A DNA stretch of 64,000 bases. Source: Amphiscolops sp. MND2022. Taxonomy: Eukaryota. Of the stretch, positions 12,400 through 24,536 are shown in pieces (within the stretch, counting starts at the first letter, position 1; each line of letters begins with the position of its first letter). Both the position numbers and the translations under genes were made by a program. The stretch lies in contig OZ076409.1 of assembly GCA_964187785.1 (NCBI GenBank), forward strand, positions 78,990,001 to 79,054,000, given 5' to 3'. Below the pieces are notes generated by a model. The model ran no database searches, was not told the DNA's origin, and saw only the letters and a list, made by a program, of their open reading frames with translations.

Positions 12400-13000
12400 G
12401 AAACAATAGCAAAACCATCACGCAACAAAGGAAATAGCTATAGCTGAAAACGAAAAGGCATACTTTGTTCCATCCAGGCGTGATGGCATACAGTTTGTCA
12501 TCGACAGACTTCTTGAGACAAAAGCATGTCGACATCAACTGCTCACCGCGTACGCCTGCCTCGCAAAAGTGGCAGTCATCTCACCTATTCTTTTTGCCAC
12601 GAACTGCTCGTTTGACTTTCCACATACTATACAGTCGCAACAACATACGTCGTCCAGTAAGCCACATGTAGCTTTGGTTGTGTTCCCTATACCTGCATGT
12701 GGGAAATGATATTGATAAAATTGGGTATGCTTTTGGTAAAAAGGGTCCTCCAGTCGGGGTTGCAGGAAGCATTGTTGTGTCGGGTACGGGCTTGATACAC
12801 CGCTTAGAGGTTTGGTGCTGTACTCTGATTTCTTGGTCTGTTTTGTGCCCAGCATCTATGCCATGCCAGCATGATGGGAATATGGCTTTATTATTATCTA
12901 TAATGTACACTTCATGTCATATATACTTCTTTATGGGCAATATGGAGCCATATAAAAAGATTCAAGGCTGTGAGCAACTCTACGTTGTTTAACGTATTTA
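12400..13000 (-). pseudogene. Possible piggyBac-like transposase C-terminal remnant
   Basis: Weak similarity only: an EYSTK..GV segment and a Cys-rich end (DCHFC...TCFC). No termini found. Confidence 0.25.
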
Positions 13001-16000
13001 TTCCCTCACCCTTTTGAGTATGAGCTAAAAAAACTATTTACTAAATACGAGCCTCTAGTTCCGGTGTTCCGCATTGTAATCTGCTAATAGCAAAAATGGT
13101 ATCCTTAAATATAAGAGGTTTGTCACGAATTTGGAGGGAGAGAGAGCTTCTGGTCAAACTTCGGCCAACAGAAGTAAAACAAATGGAGTTTTTTGTGAAA
13201 GCAGTGAGCTCCCGCCTCAGGGCAAGCTATCTTGACAAACAAATTTTGTAACGTCAAGCTAACAGCGATATTCTAGAACTGGGACAATGCCTAGATTACT
13301 TGAACAGGAGGCATATGTCCTACTATAATCCTAGTCTTTAGTCCCGAAAAGGTCACCTAGGGACTTTCCATTGGTCTAAGGAGATCCCTCGAATGAGAAC
13401 TCCGTGGCGACGTGCCGGCACACTCAAAGTCCGAACACGTCCCACAAGCACGTAAAAGCGTTCTTAAGGGTTCCTGTGCGCTCCTACATACTCCCGGGGT
13501 CCAAAAACAGGGGTTTAGCAAAAAAACGTTCTATTCCGTGAATAAGATCTGAAATTGCGAATACAAGAATCTAACAGATCCTGTACGATCACGATCTACA
13601 AAATAATAGTCTCACAGCCATGAAATTATTTGAAATCAGCGCATTCTGCACTTCCATGAAGTTTTTCAGATTTTCAGAGTTTCTTGAGCAATCCGTTGAT
13701 ACCTCCATTCTTTGGGTTTTCCAGGACATTTTCTGAAAAAGATAGCACAACACTGGGTTCTTGTCTCTCTTCAGCTTCTAGATGTCTTCGGATGTCTGAC
13801 TATACGGATTTTTCGGTTGTTCGGGATGGGTTTGGGATGTTTTCGGGATGTTTCTCTTTTGATCTCTCTGTTCTTTTTTGATTTCAAAGACCGGCCAGGT
13901 CGGCCATCTGGACTCGCACAGTTTTGGTCTTCTTCATCGAAATTTTGGTATCGCACTGGTTGAACTTACATTCTTCTTCGTCTTTTCCCGACTTTGACTC
14001 AGGACAGGACGGAGAACGCAAGTTCATCCGTTTCTTATCTACTGTCAACTGATTCTGATTTAGCATCCTGGTTTTATCAGCGGTACTCGATCTTAACATA
14101 TTCATCATAAGCCCATTAGCTATTTGATTTTTTTTGCTGTTGCAAATTATCCATCAGCGGAGTATATATACATCATTGAATTAACCGAATATCCATCAGA
14201 GGATTAAACTGTCCCTGCTATAACGGGAAAACATGTTTTCCATCAAAACTTTAACCCCCAACTCGGTTTATCAAGCGAACAACTAAATCACTTTATGTCA
14301 CGAAGGAACAAAATACATCCCGGGTTGACCACCATACGAAAAACATGTAGATCATAAAATGTCATTTATGGTGTTTATGAAATCAGTTCAGCCATAAAAT
14401 GATCATACAAAAAGATCTATGGTCATTTTATGAGAAACATGTTTCCCATACTATGGTCATTTTATGGAAGGAATGGTTTCCATATATGTTCAAACTATGA
14501 AAACAGTGCTTTTTAAACAAGTTTTCACTGTCAACATTAATTAGTCAGAAATTAGAGTTCCTCTGTCTAACACGGTGACTTTTTCGGTTTTTCATCTTTA
14601 AAACTTCAAAAACATACTTTAAAAACATGCATTCCATGAAATAACCATACTTTGAAAACATGGGTTCAAATCATGTTGAGCTTCTAGCGAAAGGTGCCAC
14701 TTCCAGAAAAAATGATGAGTCCTAATATGACTTGTATTTTGTGAGGATAGTAACAGAAGAGCAGGTTTCATGAAAGTGCCATACTTCAAAAAATGATCCC
14801 ACACCTCTCATGCATCCTCTGCCTCCTACGCTTTCAACATTCACTTTTTTAACAGCTCATTGTGAGGTATCATACCAAATCTTTTCGCAAAATTGGTGTA
14901 CCGAGCAACTGATTCGAAACCAAATTTCAAAACTCGTCAAAATGGATCTTTAGCTTTGGATATCATTTAGCCTGTATGATTCTTTCGGGGAGAAGACTGA
15001 CTGGATCATTTTGTCGGATAGTCAGATTTTCGATTTCTGAATGACTGTCTTCGCCATTTGTAAACATAGTTTTAGAAATGCAGGTTCCTGGGTTTTGTCA
15101 GAGCTCAGAATACAAATTGACAAAATTTGTGTGACACTGGGTCAGACGGTTACTTTTCATAAGGTCCTTCATTTTGTTAAAATAAGCACTCCTGTTGCTT
15201 CGATACTTTTTAAAGGTAGAATTTGATTGATTGTGAGAGCGTCGAACGAGCAACGCCACAACTGGTATGTGATCAACAAACTTGCTTTCAATGAATCGAG
15301 CGCTAGTTCATCCAAATCTATATGCTTGCCTCGTTCAATGCTGCGTGAAGTTACACGGCCAATGCTTCGTTAGAGAGATAGTCATTCACAGGAAACACAC
15401 TCTACTCCTTGTGAAGAAGAATTTCTCGATTTCGTTAATAATAATGCAGTCTCTAAAAATGCAAATTCAGATGAAAGTGAAATATTTTGGGATTCACAAT
15501 TGGCGCTTCTTGTTTTCCACTGTCCAATGCTCTGGCTTCCCAGAAAAAGAGGAAGGAAAGTTTTATAAAAGAAAGAATTAATTTTTCAAGAGTTCCTATT
15601 AAGGAGGAATTGGGCTACTTTTTCAGTAAAGTTCTTTTACACAAAAAGATCAAGAAAGTGTTGACGTGGAAATTTTGGGCAATCAAGTGACGTACTGCAA
15701 TTTAATTGGCTAATCATAAGGAGTTTCCCTTAAATTTGCAAAAAAACAAGTATCAACAACATACTTGATGGTAAAAAAACCATAAATTACATGGAATTGC
15801 GATATTATATCAGAAAATAACAATAAACTGTATATTCAGTCATTTTTGGAGAAATATTAGCTGTTTTGTAGCATTTGAACATAAATTTCCAAAAATTCCA
15901 ATAAGGTTGAAATCTGAAATTTTCGTTTCTAAGAAATATGTTTGTAACAGGTGCATTTTCTACGACTTTTTAAAAATTTGTTTTCGTCTAAGCCCCCGTC

Positions 16001-16496
16001 AATTTTTACACGAAACTAAACGTTTTGCGAGCGTAAAGGACTCCTCAAGGTTTTTGGCACTATGCGACATTCCGGAGACCTTCCTCAATTTTCTGTTTTT
16101 TTGAAAGGTTTTTTCGTAGGTACGAACTACAATCTAAGGAGTAAGATCGAAACGCACTTTCTAACTGTAACTGTAAAATCTAAAAAACGAAGTTCTAAAT
16201 GTCATTTTTTGTAACTAAGATCTCGAGAATTCCATCTCCCGAATCGTAATTAAAGTCTAAATTTTGAACGGTATTCCTGGTTTTTAGATGTTATTCCCAA
16301 ATTGGAATTGGTTTAAAATATGGGCGAGCTTGCATACACCGTGTAGGACCCCACAATTTTCCTTGGACGTTATTCTTGTTGAGATTAGACCTTAGTTACG
16401 CTGCAAGCGTTTTAGATTTTAGTTCTTTAGATCTTAGTTACGAACTTTCTTTCGATCTTATTCCTTAGACCTCAGTTACGGTCCCCAGGTTTTCCG

Positions 16497-16943
16497 TTGA
16501 GAAAGAAAGGAAGAGAAAAAAAGATAGAGGGAGCACCCGCTTCGGGGCCCAATAAAAACAGACAACAGAGAACCCGACAAAATCGATTGGCCTCGGTCAG
16601 CGAACATCAGTGTGGAGATTGTGCTAACGCGCAACAAGTCAGTAAGTGGATAGGATGCAAAAAATGCAAGGTATGGATACATGCCAAATGCGCAAAAATC
16701 CCGGAGGACATCTCTGAGTTCCTCGTCAACTCGGAGAAATTCAAATTTTTCTGCAACTCATGCCAAGGGGACCCGATCAGACACTTCAATCTCAAACTCA
16801 ATCCCAAACCCAAACCCAATCCCTATCACAAACTCAATCTTTTCCAATTCAAAACCAATCTGAATCCCTTCCTTACAAAAATTTTAGATTCAATCCCAAT
16901 CTCAATCCTGCTTTTGACTTTGACTTTCTCCTGCAATAGCTAG
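16497..16943 (+). CDS. PHD-finger-containing ORF (probably partial)
   Basis: C4HC3 pattern CGDC...WIGCKKCKVWIHAKC...FFCNSC followed by an N/P/K low-complexity linker. Confidence 0.7.
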   Translation: MRKKGREKKIEGAPASGPNKNRQQRTRQNRLASVSEHQCGDCANAQQVSKWIGCKKCKVWIHAKCAKIPEDISEFLVNSEKFKFFCNSCQGDPIRHFNLKLNPKPKPNPYHKLNLFQFKTNLNPFLTKILDSIPISILLLTLTFSCNS

Positions 16944-17012
16944 TAAAAATTCGTAATATGAGTGCGCGTAACATTCCATTGATCATGTCTAGTCTTTTCA
17001 TTTGTTTTTCAG

Positions 17013-17510
17013 ATGACAGATGTGCATGTAGTGGAAGACAACGACGAGAATTCTTCAAATGGAGCAGAAACAGGTCCAAGTACGTCACGGATACTGGTTG
17101 AGTTCCGCTTGTGCGATACAAAAGGCTCGGACGTGCATAAGTTCTTTTTCGTTCAATTTGTGAATGGACGAAAAACGGATGTCAGAAAGTGCATCAAGTG
17201 TTCAACCTTTGTGAAGTGTCCGAATTCTGGAACCTGCACTTCATCGACACAAAGAGTCATGTACGAAAAATCAGGATATGAAGCGACCAGTAGACCAATC
17301 GGCATTGCAGTATCCAATTGCAAAGATTGACAAAAAAGAGGTCTTAACAAAGTCTGGAGACTTGTGTATAAGGATGGTTTTGCAATCACAGTGGTCGTGA
17401 ATTCCGAAACTTTACAAGAGATGTTCAAATCACTCAATTACTGCAGAGTTACGTACAACAGTCTCAATATATCCCTGGAAGAGACATATCAAGCAGTGTT
17501 TGCAACGAAA
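17013..17510 (+). pseudogene. N-terminal fragment of a hAT-like transposase with a BED-type zinc finger
   Basis: Follows a TTTTTCAG acceptor. SDVHKFF...RKCIKC...PNSGT, then VWRLVYKDGFAITVV.NSE.LQEMF. Frameshifted and truncated. Confidence 0.5.
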
Positions 17511-17989
17511 TGGGTACTTGCGTAAAAATGGAGTGTACGCCTTTGATCTAATTGCTTGGGTCTAATGGAATTAGATCTAACTGTTAGGTCTAACTTTCAG
17601 ATCTGATTTTATCTAAAATACTTAGGTCTAACCCCTTTATGATCTAAAATGTGTTCTGAAAGCGAAAATATAATGGGGTGGGCATATGCGATGTATGCAC
17701 GCTCTCCCTCACCGTCGCGAAGACCAGCTCCCACTACGATCGCTTCGCGATCTCCGTTCGAGCTAGGTCTTTGCTCCTGTTCGACCTCGCTTACCAAGAT
17801 GGGACTATTAGCGGCCCTAAGGGGCCGCGGGGCACTAGAGGAAATAAGGACATATCCGAGAGGCTACGTGGAATCAGGTCTAATGAAATAGATCTAAGAG
17901 AGGGGGCAAAACTTTCTCGCCACTTTCTGTTATTTTTGCTCTCAATCAATCTCAATCCCTAAGCGCTAAGATTGACCAATTCCAATCTC

Positions 17990-18688
17990 GGGTGGCTGTA
18001 AATAGGTCGAATTTTTCTGGTCGAAAGGACTGAGGTCGAACCTTTTGATCGAATTACAGGGATCGAATGGAATGCGGTCGAATTTTATCGTATTTGTTGT
18101 ATGGCTCGGTCGCTTCGCTCCCTTCGCCAAGTGGCAACATTGAGGCATTGCCATATGGCACGTCGCTCCGCTTCGCTTCGCTCCTGCATTCAGGGCACTA
18201 GGGGTATGTGAACATATCTGACTACGTTATAAAAATTTCGATCCGAGTTGTTTCGATCCCATTCAAAAATTTGGTTTTGTCGACCTGACGACTAACTCTG
18301 ATTTTCGATCCCGTTCCTTCGACCTATTTCCGCGCGGGTGGCTGTAAACAGGTCGAATTTTTCTGGTCGAAAGGACAGAGGTCGAACCTTTTGATCGAAT
18401 TGCAGGGATCGAATGGAATGCGGTCGAATTGTACCGTATTTGTTGTATGGCTCGGTCGCTTCGCTCCCTTCGCCAAGTAGCAACATTGAGGCATGGTCAT
18501 ATGGCACGTCGCTTCGCTCCTGCATTCAGGGCACTAGGGGTATGTGAACATATCTGACTACGTTATAAAATTTTCGAGCAGAGTCGTTTCGATCCCATTC
18601 AAAACATTTGGTATGTCGACCTGAGGACTAACTCTGATTTTCGATCCCGTTCCTTCGACCCACTTCCGCCAACCCTTTCCGCGCACCC
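17990..18688. mobile_element. MULE-like MITE with a second copy of the same family (18336-18675) nested in its right end
   Basis: GGGT...ACCC termini. Outer 9-bp TSD TCCAATCTC (17981-17989; 18689-18697). Inner 9-bp TSD TTTCCGCGC (18327-18335; 18676-18684). Confidence 0.85.
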
Positions 18689-18757
18689 TCCAATCTCTAA
18701 CCCAAAATAGAAAATCAATCTTCAATCTTTAGAAATTCAAGCGCTTGAAATGCCTGG

Positions 18758-19032
18758 AACCGATAACGGACGGAAAAGAACCTGGGGCAGGGACGTTTCG
18801 TCACCAGCCATTTGGGCTACAAAAATTTCAGCCCATCATGGGCTGAAATTTTTTTAGCCCAAATGACTGGTGACGAAACGTCCCTGCCCCAGGTTCTTTT
18901 CCGTCCGTTATCGGTTTTTGGCCATTTTTGGCCATTTAGTCGAAGGGACATTTGGGCGACCTTTTTGTCGCCAAAATGATTTTGGCGACAAAAAGGTCGC
19001 CCAAATGTCCCGTCGACTAAATGGCCAAAAAT
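18758..19032. repeat. Two adjacent near-perfect palindromes (18758-18916 and 18924-19032)
   Basis: Arms of ~79 bp and ~54 bp, each with a 1-nt centre (CAGCCCAT-C-ATGGGCTG; CAAAAT-G-ATTTTG). Confidence 0.9.
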
Positions 19033-19816
19033 GTTCACATGCCCCTAGTGCCGTAAATGCAGGATCGAAGCGAAGCGGAGCGACGTGCCATATGGCCATT
19101 CCTCAATGTTGGTACTTTGCGAAGGGAGTACTACAACAAATATAGTAGCCTCTTCAAACATATCAGTTAGTTGATCAAAATTTTGGGGACAAAGTTTGTT
19201 GTATTGGGAATCCCGAGCTCACCGTTAAAGTAGATAGTCTTCCATTGAGTTATAGTCTGTTTTCTGAAGTTTTTAATTTTTTCCATATCCAGGACAATTA
19301 GCGACTCATCTCAATTACGTTGACCTTTTTTCGAAATAAAAAGCTTTTGGTTACCAGGCTCAGCGATCGATACCTTGCTTGCAGCGGAATCCACGGCTTG
19401 AAAGTAATGTGTGGGGAGAATGAAAGTTTTGAAATCACCTTTGCTTCGCATTTTCGTTATTATCAATGCGGTGTTTTTGTTTGATCAATCACTGCACAAT
19501 ATAGCTGCCCATTATAGCTGCCTAATATAGCTTTCTAAAAATACAGCAAAAAATCCGATTTCGACCTTTCTTCGTCAAACTTTCACAAAAACTAACTACG
19601 AAGTCAACTTCTTCACACTTTTCTAACTTTTTTCGTTTCAATTTTTCAAAAATCAAGTACGAATTCACACCTTGTTCACACTTTTTCATTGATGTGATAT
19701 TTCATTGCCTGTTTCAGTGAAATAATTACCATTGGGTAGCTGAATTATAGGTAATACATATTGTGGCATATGCCGTTTGAAATTTGATTATTGTACAAAA
19801 TCTTTATTTTCAGGTA

Positions 19817-20790
19817 ATGGATGGGCCACTATCGTTCGAAGAATTCCAAAAGTGTATCCAGTCGGGTGTATTTCCTGGCGCAGTTGTTCCGTTGAGTCAC
19901 GTTCCACCTAGTAGCAACTCACCTGCGGTCCCCGATGGCATCGAAATTGTCGTGGAGGATGATGATGAAGAATCTAGCAAGCCAAGCCCATGGATAGCTA
20001 TGAAGAAACGTTCTCTCGACGGCCGCGACCAATATCATTGAATCAATCAAACGCTAAGCAAATACCGGCACCACAGCCACTTTCGTCAATGTCCTTAGTC
20101 CCTAATGTTCCATTGCATCAAAATGATAACATGCTGGGGAAGCAACCCACTTCCAAAGTCGGCAACCTTCCACTTCCTCCTAGTTTGCCGTTCCCTCTTC
20201 CTGGTCCCAATTTCACTCAGAATCAAATCTGGCCAATTATGGACCAGCAAAACTTCATTGCTGCTCCAAAACCCGCAAACCTTCCAATCTTTCATGGTTT
20301 TCCGGAGCGAAAAAGCAAAAGTTTTTGTTTTTTCGGAGATAGCCATGTTGGGAGGCTCTCGAAACATTTGGATAAGGACTGCACAAGGCATAGCATTACC
20401 TTCCATTTCAAATCAGGGTTATGCCTGAGAGATGCCTTTTCATTTATTCCAATGCTGAGCTCCTTCGATGTTGTTGTTATTCAATGCGGCGGAAACGACA
20501 TTGCTTTTCATCCCAGGAAAGATACGAAACCTGACTGGCCGGCACAGGTTTCAAACACTTTCAAACGTTTCCTCGACAAGATAGGCCCAAGCGTAAAGGT
20601 TAAAATTATGCCTGTCATCGGACGATTGGCCTACCCTTTGGAAGTACGGAATTTAAACGCACGCTTGCGAAAGCGTTTCCGTGGATGTTACATGAAAACG
20701 GAATTGAGAGAAAGCTTCGTTGATGGCGTCCATTTGACGAATAATTGCTACGCGGAACTTCTGCAGGAAACCATATTTTTTCTTGAATAG
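19817..20790 (+). CDS. SGNH/GDSL-family hydrolase with Pro-rich N-terminus; one frameshift near 19990-20040
   Basis: Block I FGDSH, block II SG, block III QCGGND, block V DGVHL...Y. Upstream GT..CAG intron 19751-19813 and AATAAA near 21024. Confidence 0.8.
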
Positions 20791-21380
20791 AAAACATTGA
20801 GCCTTTTTTTGCATTTTTTTTTGAATTTAAAAAACTTGAACTACTTTTGCCTGTTGTTTGATTCGTTTTGCATTTTTTGTGAATTTGAAACACTTGAAAT
20901 ACTTTTGCCTGTTGTTTGCTTCGTTTTGCATTTTTTGAATATAAAAACTTGACCCACGTTTGCCTGTTGTTTACTTTGTTGCTGTCATTTATCTTTCTTG
21001 CTTAACGTCATTGATTCACAAACAATAAAATGTCCAGCTATTGACGTTTTATCCTGAGCGAGTTATAGTTACTATTTCGTTTCAATGACCTTGCAGACAA
21101 CATAGCCTGAGTGTTTTCCCTTACTGAAAAAAGTTTTCGCGGTCTGTGATTCCAAATATATTACACTACACGTAAGAGTGCTACGACGATGACTTGAAAT
21201 TTTCACAGCGCAGGGTGTTCTTGGGTCTGGTAACTCTGGTCTTTTTGGATATAGTTTTTTTTTAACAGTTTGTAAGAGGTTGTCTGAGGAAAACGCTGGT
21301 TTCATTCTCTATTTTTGTAACAAAGTACAATAACTCTTTAACTCTCTGTACTTTTGATATGGTAGCTTTTTTCAGTGGCC

Positions 21381-21926
21381 ATGCCCAGAACATACGTCCG
21401 AAAACGCAAGGTTGGTTACAGTTCTCTGGAACTGGAACTTGGTTGCTCGTTAGTGGTCAATGAAGGCTTTTCTAAATCGCGCGCTGCCCTCTTAACTAAC
21501 ATTCCAAGAACAACCCTGTCGCGACGGTTAAATAAAACAACACCAACTGTTCGAACTGTGCTGAGCGATGGCGAAGAAAAGAGTTTCCTGAAGGAGATTC
21601 GTAACCTCCCTTTCCCGGATTTGACTCCCCTGAAGCATGTTCTACAGTATGCTTATCAATTCGCAAAGCGTCTCAATATAGCTGTTCCAGACGGGTGGGA
21701 GAATAAACAAGCAGCCGGTAGAGAATGGTGGTACAGCGTCAAAAGGAGACAAATGCACTCGTACAAATACCCTGAAAAGCAATTGAAATGCCCCTCCTGT
21801 AGGCTGAAATTTGGGACCGAAGAATCGAGTTTCATACAATGCCAAGTGTGCACCAAGTTCAATTGTTCAAATTGTTTTGATCTATTGACCTGTATTACTT
21901 GTGATAAATCTGCTCGGTTTGGATGA
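21381..21926 (+). CDS. Psq-type HTH plus CENP-B-type HTH (pogo/Tigger-like DNA-binding region) fused to a Cys-rich finger, with no DDE domain
   Basis: MPRTYVRK..S.SRAA...NIPRTTLSRRL..VLSDGEE...AYQFAKRL....W....AGREWW...KRR, then CPSC..CQVC..CSNC..CITC and stop. Splice acceptor just upstream; AATAAA at the stop. Confidence 0.75.
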   Translation: MPRTYVRKRKVGYSSLELELGCSLVVNEGFSKSRAALLTNIPRTTLSRRLNKTTPTVRTVLSDGEEKSFLKEIRNLPFPDLTPLKHVLQYAYQFAKRLNIAVPDGWENKQAAGREWWYSVKRRQMHSYKYPEKQLKCPSCRLKFGTEESSFIQCQVCTKFNCSNCFDLLTCITCDKSARFG

Positions 21927-22201
21927 ATAAAAGGGCTTTGCATTAGTATGTGAAGTTTCTCCATTAGTATGAGAAGTTCAATTAATTTTTGTAGTTCAAG
22001 AAATGTTTGTGTTTGTCTTTTGAGTCGTTTTCAGGTTTTTTTCCCAGAGAGGCCTGTTTGAGAGGCTCTCGGGAAGAATAAGTCAGTCCAATTTTAAATC
22101 AGTGATTGCCGTTTGCTCCGCTCACGCAACTAGCTGACCGACAATGTTTTGTGCCCAGCTCGGAGTTTCTCAACAGTACCTTTTTTCTAGAGTTTCGAGG
22201 A

Positions 22202-23478
22202 ATGCCTTTGCCTGATAGAGAATCCCGCGGACGTTCTCAGTTGAATGATGAGGATTACGATCTCCTCAAACTGGCCAGCCAAAAACGATGGGTATTTTAT
22301 ACCAAAGGGGACCAAGTTCCTGTAATCATGGAGTACAACAGTACTCTCTGGCCAGCTGATTTCTCAGTTCGAGCCAAGCTGGATCTCAAAAATGGGGACA
22401 AGGTGAGGGTGAAAAGCACACAGGTTACTTACAACATGTCACTTGTGTGCATCTGCGAGACAGAGAAAGTGAAGCGAAAAGCAAAGCAAGTGGTGGAAAA
22501 GGCGATAGAAACCGGCGGAAATTCAAGTGTGATGAGTCTAAACGAGTAGGTTTTGAATTGGAGTTGTTTTGGTCAAATGAAATAAAATTGTTTGCTGGAC
22601 AAGAGGTAAAATGAAATACAATATAACTATGACATTTACTTTTTTGAAGGACTGTTACTGACCCAGAAGCAGATAAAGAAAACTTCGAGCATGAGTGGCA
22701 AGTTCACGATCCTTCCACCCAACCTGTTGCTCAGTCGCCCGATGTTTCAACTAACGCCTTGAAACGGACAAAATCATTGTCTTTGAAGCACCAAAAGAAA
22801 CCTAGGGTTGTTTTGGGTGAGAAATCCATTCAAGCAAATCCCTCTGCTCAACATGTTGTGAATATGAGTCCTGTTGCACCTGTTCGGTCCACACCAATTG
22901 AGATCGGAGATTCAATCTTGGCTTCGGAAATGACGCCACAGGTATTTGGACATATATTGCGTTCACAACGACAAATTCGCGGTACAACCGAATTATTTTT
23001 ATATATTTTTAAGGCTCGAAGCTGCCAATGTGAAAAAAAGATCGACAAACTGAATGAGAAAGTTGATGAATATTTGAGGCAAATGACAGAGACCAATGAG
23101 AAAGTAATGAGAAAATTCGTGAAGCAGAATAGGATGTTACAGAATGAGCTTCTTGAAGTTTTCAAGCGTTCGGCTGCCTTTCCAACATCAAGCAACGCCG
23201 TTTTTCACAGCACCTCAGATAAAGGAGAAGCTATAGAATTTAATGGACAAAATCTTTTGGATTTGCGATCAACCGATGGGCCCAGCGCCTTCGGCCGCGT
23301 TCTTGCATCTCAAATGTTTGGAGAGGGGAAGGATTGCCAACTCGCGGAACAGCGTTTAGGTCTCCGGGTAGAGAAGAAGAACACACGAAAGTCAGTTGAT
23401 CCGGAATTGGAGAGAATTTTCAAAGGTTGTATGCACAAAATCGTTCGCATTTCCATTCCGTCCAATTTTCGAAAGTAA
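22202..23478 (+). CDS. Multi-exon coiled-coil plus BEN-like domain protein; 3' end uncertain
   Basis: In-frame GT-AG introns 22546-22649 and 22942-23013. Coiled coil KIDKLNEKVDEYL. BEN-like PSAFGRVLASQMFG...LG.....RKSVDP. Confidence 0.6.
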
Positions 23479-24200
23479 CGCAGTGTCGAAAGGTTATAAT
23501 GAAAGTGTTTTGCAGTCGAAGAGTTGTCAGACTCGCTTGAGCAACTATCAATAATTGTTCACTTGAAAATTCCGTTTTCCCCGACTGCGAAAAAGATCGC
23601 GGGTCACTGCTCTCCTTGCTTGAGTTCTTCGATCCGCTAAACTTGATATGTGTTTCTAGAGGTTGTTGAGAGGAATTTTCCCCATCAGAAGGAAGATGCT
23701 GTTCGTGAAGCTTTTCGTGGAGCCAATCAATATGGAGCGGAGGCAAGGGTTCAAATCAGAAAAAGCAGCTCAACAATGGACTAATAAATCAAGTCATACG
23801 TTTAAACATTGCCTGGAGAACGCTTGGTAGTTCTTCAGTGAAGCCCAATGTGTCTGCTTTTCCCGCAAATAATGCTGCTTTTTTGCAATACTTTTTGCTT
23901 TAGGTGTTTCAATAGTCAGTTCAGTGCAGCAATTTTTGCTCGCTGAACTTGCATGTTTCACGATGTTCTAAAATATCAACAACCTGCAATGCAATTGTTA
24001 AACTCGTTTACTTTGTACTCTACTGTATTGTGAGTTGTCATCTTTCTTTTCAACTTGCTTCAACCCAGCTTTCTCGAAATGTTCGATTGAAGATTTGTCA
24101 CTGATCAATTTTGGGACTTTTTTGTAGAACATTCAGGTATCGATACTTTTGTGTTTTTACTGGATTGTCTTTACATTTTGTTTTTTAAACATCTTTGAGA
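23470..24200 (-). pseudogene. Possible spliced gene of unknown function, convergent with the BEN-like gene
   Basis: Open minus-strand stretches (e.g. ORF 23420-23746) and a short GT..CAG candidate intron near 23985-24012. No recognisable domain. Confidence 0.25.
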
Positions 24201-24536
24201 ATAGTCCTATACTATTTCAACCAGTCCAAGTCACGAGAAAACATTTGGTATTCGAATAGTTTTCCCTAAGTTGTTTGATGAGACAATGAATAAAGGAAGT
24301 CAAGATTTGTTGGACGTTGTTTCGAAAGACCGTTAGGAATATCACTTCAATTTCTATTTCCGAATGATTTAAGGAAATTTTCAATTTGGTATGAGCTGGA
24401 TTTGCCAGATGAATAGTCGAGGCGCAATGTGTGGTGCTGGCTGTAGACAGGTTTACAGGCTGCTGTCACCAGATCCTGCGAAAATTGGTGCAATTTTTTC
24501 TTTTTGATTTTCAGAGCATAGTGGTTAATTTGGAGA

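Noticed and set aside
14571..16344. CACGGTG...CACCGTG Transib/Chapaev-like ends
   Set aside because: The match is only ~7-8 bp and there is no TSD.
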